Assembly: GCA_027319565.1 (NCBI GenBank)
Contig: DAHVNA010000029.1
Location: forward strand, 1 to 28,839
DNA: 28,839 nt
From: Elusimicrobiota bacterium
GTDB taxonomy: Bacteria > Elusimicrobiota > Elusimicrobia > UBA1565 > UBA9628
Reading direction: 5' to 3'
This document shows, piece after piece, positions 10,097 through 18,700 of the stretch. The translations under genes and the position numbers were made by a program. Within the stretch, counting starts at the first letter, position 1; each line of letters begins with the position of its first letter. Below the pieces are notes generated by a model. The model was not told where the DNA came from and ran no database searches. It worked only from the letters and a program-made list of their open reading frames with translations.

Positions 10097-10690
10097 TTAA
10101 CTGCCGCGAAGGAAAAGTTTAATCATTTCCGATTCCGCGTAGAAATAAAGCTCACAGCGGATCGTAAAATTAGACTGCGACATCACGATATTGCTGACGA
10201 CCAAAACGTTGGCCCCCGCAATCTTTTTAAATCCTTCTTCTATCATGCGCCGCCTGGTGCCTTCCGAAACCTCAGGGACAGACAAAATTAAAAGGGTTGA
10301 AAAAAGCTCTCCCAATTCTCCGCAAAAACCGTGCGCGACGATGTTCGATATTTCCTTGACCACGTCTTGGGGGGGAAACTGAGTATGAGCGCCCACCTGG
10401 CTATAAATCTTGTTCCAAGCTTGTCCCAGTGATGCGACGCTGTCGGGAGACATGATCAGATGAACTCCCAAGGGAACTCCGTCCTGAAGGGGAAGATAGG
10501 CCGACCAATAGGGTTTCTCGGAGTCGGGAAAAGTCGAGAAAAGAGGAGTTTCAAAATTATGATAGATGGAAGAAGCGGTACACTTCCAGGATTCTTGGCT
10601 CAATTTAGAAAGGTATTGAGCCGTTCTTTGCGCCCCGGTGTCAAGCGCGTTTAAGATCAGTTTCTGCTCTCGCTCGGAAAGAGATTCCAT
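10097..10690 (-). CDS. CheC/CheX-family response-regulator phosphatase
   Basis: Intact D-x3-E-x2-N-x22-P motif (DVVKEISN...SVP), with a degenerate first CheC motif. Directly follows the CheY-like gene. Start moved to ATG 10690. Confidence 0.75.
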   Translation of the reverse strand: MESLSEREQKLILNALDTGAQRTAQYLSKLSQESWKCTASSIYHNFETPLFSTFPDSEKPYWSAYLPLQDGVPLGVHLIMSPDSVASLGQAWNKIYSQVGAHTQFPPQDVVKEISNIVAHGFCGELGELFSTLLILSVPEVSEGTRRRMIEEGFKKIAGANVLVVSNIVMSQSNFTIRCELYFYAESEMIKLFLRGS

Positions 10691-10697
10691 GGATGAG

Positions 10698-11060
10698 TTA
10701 TGGGAATACCTTCGACAAAGCGGCCATGATATCCTCGACGACAAAGGGTTTGAGCAGAACTCCGCTGGCCCCCAACGCCAAGGCCTGTTTTTGGAGCATT
10801 TTTTGATCGTTGGCGGTCACGATTAGAATTTTGGCCTGCGGATGTTTGAGGCGAATTTCTTTTAAAACGAAAAGTCCGTCCATATCGGGAAGAGAAATAT
10901 CCAAGGTCATGAGATCGGGATTATGCTCGGCGTATTTCGCGATGGCGTCTTTCCCATTTTCGGCAAAGCCCACAACCGTGTGCCCCAAACTCTCAATGGT
11001 CATGGACAACAACTCTCGCATCATGGGCAAGTCTTCGACGATAAAAACATTTTTTCCCAT
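10698..11060 (-). CDS. CheY-like single-domain response regulator
   Basis: VED, AENGKDA, PDLMTLDISLPDMDG (phospho-Asp), TA and KPF. Resembles Bacillus/Thermotoga-type CheY. Confidence 0.88.
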   Translation of the reverse strand: MGKNVFIVEDLPMMRELLSMTIESLGHTVVGFAENGKDAIAKYAEHNPDLMTLDISLPDMDGLFVLKEIRLKHPQAKILIVTANDQKMLQKQALALGASGVLLKPFVVEDIMAALSKVFP

Positions 11061-11119
11061 ATTTTATTTCCCGCTTAATTCTTTCAAACCGCCTTATTCT
11101 ATCAAAAACCAAGCGAAAG

Positions 11120-11497
11120 TCAAGCCCCCAAGCGGCGTTCCAAGGCCTTGACCCGGGCCAAAAGAACTTCGCGCTCAAATGGCTTGGTCACGTATTCATC
11201 TGCCCCGCGGTTATATCCTCGAATTTGCTCGACGACCAATGCCCTGATAGTCAGCATTAAAATAGGGAGTTCCGAATACGCTAAATCCTGGCGAATGCGC
11301 TCGGTCAATTGAAGGCCGTCAAGGCGGGGCATATTGAAATCAAAAATGCCCATGTCCGCGCCTTCTGCCTTGAGTTTTTCCCAGCCTTCTTGCCCGTCGG
11401 TTGCCTCAAGCACCTCATAGCCCTCTTCTTCGAGCATCATGCGAAGAATTTCCCGCACCGAAGCGTCGTCGTCCGCGATTAGAATTTTTTTAGCCAT
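11120..11497 (-). CDS. Single-domain response regulator (receiver)
   Basis: ADDD, DFNMPRLDG, MLT and GADEYVTKPF. The start overlaps the upstream regulator's stop. Confidence 0.92.
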   Translation of the reverse strand: MAKKILIADDDASVREILRMMLEEEGYEVLEATDGQEGWEKLKAEGADMGIFDFNMPRLDGLQLTERIRQDLAYSELPILMLTIRALVVEQIRGYNRGADEYVTKPFEREVLLARVKALERRLGA

Positions 11498-12191
11498 CCT
11501 TATTTTTCCTCCGTTGCGAAGAAATAGGGACTGTCACTATTTCCCAGGCGTATCCGATACCGTGAACGGTTTTGATGCAGGACCCCCATTCGCCGAGTTT
11601 TTTACGCAAGGATTCAATATGCTTATCCACCGTTGAAGATTGGACGCTCTCTGAATCGGAGCGAATCATCTGGAGTAAGGTTCTTCTCTCAAGCGCGATT
11701 CCCGGACGTTCCAAGATAAAAGAAAGAATTTCAAATTCCGTTTTTGTTAAATCGAGAATCTTTTCGTTTAAAGAGGCCGCACGCTTTAAACGATCAATTT
11801 TAATTTTTCCGTCCTTGGACTTAATCTCTTTCGGTTCCGGCGGTTTAAAACGCCTAAGCGCCGCTTCGAGTTTCGCCGCGAGAAGCTCTCCCGGCATATC
11901 AGAAGAAATCACGTCATCAGCCCCCGCGTTTAAAAGCTCAACTAAACGCGCCGGAGCTTGGGTTCTTGATGCGACCAGAAGAGAAATTCCGCGGGCTTTT
12001 TCCCGAATGAGTTTAAGGCTTAACGCGTCCGGCAATAAAGACTCGGCGATCAAGACCGCGCCCGGAGGGATGGGCAAAAGGGCTAGGACGCTTTTAAAAT
12101 CCGCGCTTCTTGAAATTTTCCAGCCCCTGAGAGAAAACGCCTCTTCCCAAATTTTTCCCAAAGGCTCTGCTCCCGCGATCAAAACTTCCAT
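11490..12191 (-). CDS. OmpR/PhoB-type winged-helix regulator with degenerate (pseudo-)receiver
   Basis: C-terminal LTKTEFEIL...VDKHIESLRKKL...IKTVHGIGY. The receiver lacks the acidic pair, phospho-Asp and KP motifs. Start set at ATG 12191. Confidence 0.85.
   Translation of the reverse strand: MEVLIAGAEPLGKIWEEAFSLRGWKISRSADFKSVLALLPIPPGAVLIAESLLPDALSLKLIREKARGISLLVASRTQAPARLVELLNAGADDVISSDMPGELLAAKLEAALRRFKPPEPKEIKSKDGKIKIDRLKRAASLNEKILDLTKTEFEILSFILERPGIALERRTLLQMIRSDSESVQSSTVDKHIESLRKKLGEWGSCIKTVHGIGYAWEIVTVPISSQRRKNKDG
11521..11543. repeat. Imperfect palindrome gaaatagggactgtcactatttc inside a CDS
   Basis: Same family as 6134/6239 and 27344. Translated as EIVTVPIS in the regulator tail. 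Confidence 0.65.
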
Positions 12192-12232
12192 TATTAAAAT
12201 TAATCTAGCAAATATCAATTAAAAAAAGCGAC

Positions 12233-12696
12233 GTGACCGGAAAGTCACGGACGCAACGGAGGTAACGGCAAGATACAGAAAGGAACAGAAAGAAACGGAT
12301 GCAACGGAAAGACACGGAAAGCAAAAGAAATCAACAGAGAGCAACAGAAAGAAACGGAGGTAACGGAAAGTAAAAGAAAGAAGGGGACTGGATTCCGGCT
12401 TACGGCCGCTCTCTAACAGACTTGGAAGCGGGTCGCTCTTTAACGAATGCGGAAGCGACACTTCTTCGCCTATGCTCAGTCGCACTTCCTCGCCAATGCT
12501 CGGTTGCCGGAATGACGAAGCCCCCTCGTTGCCTTCCGCCACTTTCCGTTGCATTCCGTTACATCCGTGTCTTTCCGTTACTTTCTGTTGCATTCCGTTA
12601 CTTTCTTTTACTTGCCGTTACGTCCGTTGCTTTCCGTGTCTTTCCGTTTCTTTCTTTATACTTTCCGTTCCCTTCCTTCGCCATTTCTTCGTGATT
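12233..12696. repeat. Composite inverted repeat: ~15 GNAACGGAAA-type units, REP hairpin with nested 51-bp units, inverted TTTCCGTTNC-type array
   Basis: Left arm 12233-12381, core 12388-12516, right arm ~12526-12696 ending in ttccttcgccatttcttcgtgatt. Confidence 0.9.
12404..12505 (+). mobile_element. 51-bp site-specific insertion unit with a second, diverged 51-bp copy nested inside it (12431-12481)
   Basis: Removing 12431-12481 restores a 51-bp unit. Removing that unit restores ctggattccggcttac|gccggaatgac. Mobility is inferred from filled versus empty sites. Confidence 0.65.
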
Positions 12697-12719
12697 GCCG
12701 CGGAATTTTCATATACAAT
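12691..12719 (+). promoter_or_regulatory. Putative promoter GTGATT-N17-TACAAT
   Basis: The -35-like hexamer is the end of the repeat arm. The -10 is at 12714-12719 and the ATG 8 nt later. Confidence 0.45.
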
Positions 12720-12727
12720 TTCAATTA

Positions 12728-15700
12728 ATGGGAAATAAAAAAATTCCGTTTCTCTCCCTTCTTCTGATTTTGGCGGCTCTCGCGCCCTCAGCTCAGGCGC
12801 AGGTGCAATTGGCGATAGCGACGCCGACTTATCCCGCAAACGGATCCTATTTTAGCCTTCAAAATAACGTCCCTAATTTCAATTGGATGGGGCCCAGCAC
12901 GACGACCATCGCTCTTTCCACTTCGCCCGTTTGGAATCTCGACGTCAACACCGACCCCACATTTGTCTCGGGAGCCGTGATCAGCATTTCCACGCCAGCC
13001 GTTATTCTCAGCACAAATCTCGCGGGAACTCGCGGAACTTATATTTCAGGGACTCCGCTTTCCAACAACACGACTTATTATTGGCGCGTTTACGCGACAG
13101 ACGGATCGGGCGGCATGAGTCAGTCTTGGAGCACGTTTAGTTTCGTCACTAATTTCGCCAATTCTCCCAATCTCTCGGCCTCAAACTTTGGGAGCCTCAA
13201 TTCTTCAAATCAATTCACCCCAGAAAACACTTTTATTACTCTCGCCTCGGGTGTCACGTCCCAGATTTCCGTCGCGGATTCCATTAGCGGACTTGCTATT
13301 TCAACGTCCGCCCTTCCATTTTCCGGAGACGGCAATGACGCCGCGACGGGAACCAGCGGATATGGCGTTCTCTATTCTACAGACGCCGGATCAAGCTGGG
13401 AAGATTATTCCGCGCTCAACATCAGCGTCCCTTATGCTGGAGCCAATATTAACGTCCTAGCCGTATTCAATGGATTTCTCTATGCTGGCCTTAGCAATGG
13501 AACTATCCTCTATACTTCTAACGGAACGCTCTGGAATACGGTCTATTCCGGATCTGGAGGCGTGAGTCATTTTGTCGTTTTTAATAATCATCTTTTTGCG
13601 ACAACCAATGCTATCGTTTCCATTAATACCAGCAACGGGGTCAGCGTTGTTTTTAACGCTGGAGCCACGGGTCTCGGCGTCCTTAACGGAACGCTCTTTG
13701 CTGGGTTTTATCCTGGCAGCGCTATTTATGCCACGCAAGATGGAGTTAACTGGGTCTATACGGCAAACCTTGCAGTATGCTCGGACAACTCCGCAAGATT
13801 TTTTACATTCAACGGTGAAATTTACGCCAATATTACCGAGGGCCCAGGCATAAGTTGTAGCGGACTATTTAGAAGCCCAGATGGATTTAACTGGACAAAC
13901 GTTGAATATCAATCCACACCGGGATCTCTCAGCGGCGCAACAGTTTTTAATGGCGAGCTCTATGCGACAACGTATAATCCAGGAGCGCCTCTCCTTTATT
14001 CCAGTCAAGATGGTCTCAGTTGGACTGCGGACAATGGCTCTCTCTCAAATCCTTCCCTAGGCGGCACAGCTAACACTATCGGCGTGGCCAACGGAAAACT
14101 TTATGTGGGAATCAGCACGAATACCGCGAAAATTTATGAGACACCGGATGGAAATAATTGGTTTCCAACAATTGCAGGCGGCACCGGGCAAGGAGGGGCT
14201 GGGGCGCCGGTTAATTTCAACGGTACGCTTTATGCCGCCGCTGGACCAGATCTCATCCGCCTGACACCGGTCTCAACCACTCTACCTGGTGGAAACGGAA
14301 CGCCTTCGGGAACGCTCTCCGCCACAAATTTAAATCTTGTCACATCGACAAGCGCGACGACTTGCGGCGGAACTTATCCTTGCACGGCCACAAACCAGGT
14401 GATGTTTACGGCGTCTGACATGGCGGGGAATACCCTGCGCGCGGGACCCTATGCGGTTTTGGTCGACACGACGGTCGGACCCGCGATTTCGACCCAAACA
14501 TATCCCGCGAACGGGCAATATATCAACGTCAATCCCAATTTCGACTGGCAAGGGCCGAGCGTTGGGCTTATCTCATCTCTGCAGCAGCCCGTTCACTATA
14601 ATATGGAAGTTTCAAATTCTTCAAATTTTTCGAGCCTCCTTATTTCGATTAGCACACCGGCGATTATCGTCAGCACGGCAATCCCCACGGTCAATGGAGC
14701 CTATATCTCGACATACCCCGCCACGACATTCGCGAACAACACCTCTTACTATTGGAGAGTTCAAACCGTAGACGGCTTTGGCGCGGCAAGCGCGTGGTCA
14801 AGCGTCACAAGTTTTGTCACTGATTTTTCGAGCCCCACCGAATCGGGTTTTGAAAGTTTCAATCAACTTGGATCGCCCTTGACCGAAAGTCAGCTCAATA
14901 CACTCGCTTCGGGCGTGACTGCGCAGATTACGGTTCAAGATTCTATTTCGGGTCTCGCCGTTTCAAGCGGAGCCCTGGCTTTTCTAGGAGATGGGCATGA
15001 CGATCCGCAAAACACCAGCGGTTTTGGAACGATTTATTCGACAAATGCCGGCCAAAGCTGGATTAATTGGGCCGCTTCCACAAGCGCTCTGGTCGGCAGT
15101 TCCGGAGATAACATGGGCTCCCTCGCGGATTTTGCCGGAGAACTCTATACGGGAGATTACACTCATGGAGACGTCTATGTCAGTCCTGATGGGCTTAACT
15201 GGAGCGGAACCTCCGTCAGCAGTCCCATCTACGCCTTAGCGGCGTTTAACGGAGCGCTCTATGCGGGCAGCAATGGCAGCGTCTTTTCGGACTCAGGAGG
15301 AATCTGGAGCCTTGCGGCAAATATCGGAAATCAAATACGAACTTTCGCTGTTTTAGGCGGCACTTTATACGCCGGAGATGGGGGAAACGGGCATGTTTAT
15401 TCCACCGCTAACGGAACGAGTTGGAGCGACACCGCCACGGGAGCCAACTCCATCTACGCTTTAGCCGCTTTTAACGGCGCTATTTATGCGGGAGACGTGG
15501 TCACCGGAAAAATATATGAAAGCGCTAATAATACCACCTGGAACACTACCGGGATTACTCTCAATCAGGGCATTGGGGTTCTGAGCGTTTTTAACGGCCA
15601 TCTCTATGCAGGTGGAATAAAAGGAGACATTTATTCCAGCGTCGATGGAAAAACTTGGAATGTCGGAATTCCGGTGGGAAGCGACATTACCGCTATGAGT

Positions 15701-18700
15701 ATTTTTAACGGCCAACTCTATGCGGGAGACTCTAATGGGTATCTGCACTTCACTTCCGACGGCGTTAACTGGAGCACAGGGACATATTTGGGAGCGGGAG
15801 TCATCTCTCTTTCCTCTTTTAATGGGAATTTTTATGCTGGAGACACAAATGGCCAAGTCCATCAATTGACGCCCGTAACAGCGACGCTTTCAGGCTCTGA
15901 TGGAACGACATCAGCCGAGACACTTTCCACTTATGGTCTTGATCTGATTAGTTCAACGAACTCCGTCACCTGCGGAGGCATTTATCCCTGTGGAGCGACA
16001 GATCAGATTATATTTACCGCTTCCAACCTTGCGGGTAACGCTCTTAAGGCCGGACCTTACGCGGTTTTTGTCGACACCACCCTTCCGGCCCCGCCGACGC
16101 CAAGCTATCCCGCCGATGGCCAAAATATTGGGCTTAACCCCAATTTTGATTGGACCGGTCCCAGCACATCCATTGTCGCGGGGCTTCATCAACCCGCTTA
16201 TACGAATCTCGAAGTGTCTAATTCTCCAACTTTTTCGAGCCTTCTTATATCGATTAGCACGCCGGCGGTTGTTTCCAGCACTCAAGTCAGTACCGCGGAC
16301 GGGGCCTATATCTCGACTTACCCCGTTACAACTTTCCTGAGTGGTACGACTTATTACTGGAGAATTCAAAACGAAGACGGGTTTGGCAATGTCAGCACTT
16401 GGTCAAGCATATATAGTTTTGTGACCGATTTCTCATCTCCAACGGGATCTGGATTTGAAAGTTTTAACGCGCTGGGGAGCACTGTCACCGAATCTCAAAT
16501 CAATTTACTTTTATCGGGAGTCACGGCTCAAATTACCATTCAAGAAATCGACTCGGGACTCGCGGTGTCAAGTTCGGCTATTAGCTTCTCGGGAGATGGC
16601 CATAACGATCCGCAGGTTGCGGGTGATTCTTACGGCGCAATTTATTCTACCGATACCGGACAAAGCTGGATATCGTCTGTCTCTTCCTATCCTGTTCTGA
16701 CGGGAGAAACCGCCGTCAATAGTCTCGCCGAGTTCCAAGGAAATATCTATGCCGCGACGTCCAATGGCGGTAAAGTTTTCGTCAATGGAAGCCCGTGGAG
16801 CGCCTCGTTTACGGACGGAACGGGGAATATATTGGCCATGGCCGTTTTTAATAATCAGCTTTACGGCGGAGATTCAGCGGGGAAACTCTACTCTTATAAT
16901 GGAAGCGCCTGGAGCGGAGCTATCTCCGGCTACCCCGGAATTTCCGCCATCAACAGTATCATCGTTTTTAATAAAAGAATTTACTGCGCCGACAGCGGGA
17001 AAAATATCTATACCAGCCTGGATGGGGTTTCCTGGAGCCATGTATTTAGCGGCAGCGCAAGTCTAATCTCCATGGCCAGCTTCAATGGCCAAATCTATGT
17101 GGGAGATTCTGCCGGTCATCTCTATTCAAGCTCTAACGGAACTGATTGGTCGCAACAAAGTGGATATCCCGGGTCCGGCGTCTATTCGTTGGCGGTTTTT
17201 AGCGGCAAACTCTATGCCGGAGACACAAACGGGCTCTACGTAAGTTCCAATGGAGCGGCCTGGTCACAGCAAACTCAATATCCCGGAACGAGTGTCTACA
17301 CTTTGGCCGTTTTTTCCGGGGAGCTTTATGTGGGAGATGGAAACGGCAACCTTTACGCAAGCGCCAATGGCGCTATCTGGAGCCGCTCGTTATCCGTTCC
17401 CGGAGGGACTTTGTCCGCTCTTTCGGGCTTTGGCGCTCAGATCTACGCTGGCGATCAATTGGGTAATCTCTGGCAGGTAACACCCATCTCAGCAACTCTC
17501 TACGGGTCTGATGGAACGAATTCCGCTCAAGCATTATCGATCAAAAACATCAATCTCGCTCCCTCACAAACAACCCTGACCTGCGGTGGAACTTCTCCAT
17601 GTGCCGCGACCAATCAAGTACTTTTCTCTGCGTCTAATATGGCTGGAAATTCCACGCAGATCGGTCCCTACGCGATTTTAGTCGACACAATTCCCACCGA
17701 TGTGATTCTTACAACCGCCAATGTCGCTCCCAGCTCAATTCCTCAGGGCACCGACGCGGCTTTTATTCGCATGACGCTTCAGAGCGTGAGTGGAACGGCG
17801 CCTTGGACAGGTATTACCGTTCAGCGCGTTGGGGGGGGAACTGACTCGGACGTATCCAACGTTTCTATCTGGAGAGACTCGCTTAATGATGGAGTTTTTT
17901 CATCCACCGTTGACGCCCAAATTTCAAACCCAGTCTCATTTTCCGGTGGCGAGGCTCTCGTTGTTTTTACGTCCACTGAAAACATCCACACTTCGACGCA
18001 AGCCTATTTTGTCGTCTTGACGGCCAATTATCAAGCGACAGATGGAGACACAATAGGTTCTGAAATCGCCTCCACCGCTTCATTTGTGTTTTCTAGCGGC
18101 TACTCCGCTAGTAGCGGCCAGAAAAATATTTATCCTTTAATTTCGAGCACGGCGACAATAGTCGATGGCCCCAACAATTTAGACGTAACTCCGGTCAGCC
18201 AAGCGCCGTCCTACGACTCTCCCGGAACAACCGGAATTTCAATGCTGGCTCTGAAATTTCAAGTTCCCGCCACTACTCCCGGAACAAGCACTCTTTCAAA
18301 AATTGTTTTTCAGCTTCAGGGAACCGCGCCCTCTAATGACATTAGCTCGATTTCTCTCTATCGTGATAACGATAATAATGGGATATATGATCCGGGAGTG
18401 GACGGGCTCGTTTCATCGGGAAATGACTCATTTACTAACGGAGTTGCGACTGTCGCTTTCACCGCTCCCGCGGCCTCAGACACCGTCAATGAAACTCCCA
18501 TCTATTATTTTGCGGTGATTAATCTTTCCGTCAACGCCGCTTTGGGCGACACCATGCAAATCGCGGTAACCACAACAACAGACGTCCAACTCATTGACAC
18601 TCTTGACACAATAGTCTTTGTGAGCACCCCCGTCGCTTCTTCCACGATGACGGTTGAAAATCTCAATACACTCTCAATCGTGGGATCTAATCTCGCGCCT

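Noticed and set aside
12233..12696. CRISPR array
   Set aside because: The units are 9-10 bp, degenerate and contiguous, with no unique spacers, and there are no cas genes in the window.
12219..12839. ORFs 12219-12593, 12422-12694, 12472-12738 and 12618-12839
   Set aside because: They are translations of the repeat arms and hairpins, or antisense shadows, with no protein-family features.
12810..17695. Diversity-generating retroelement TR/VR pair
   Set aside because: There is no reverse transcriptase in the window, and differences between modules are not adenine-specific.
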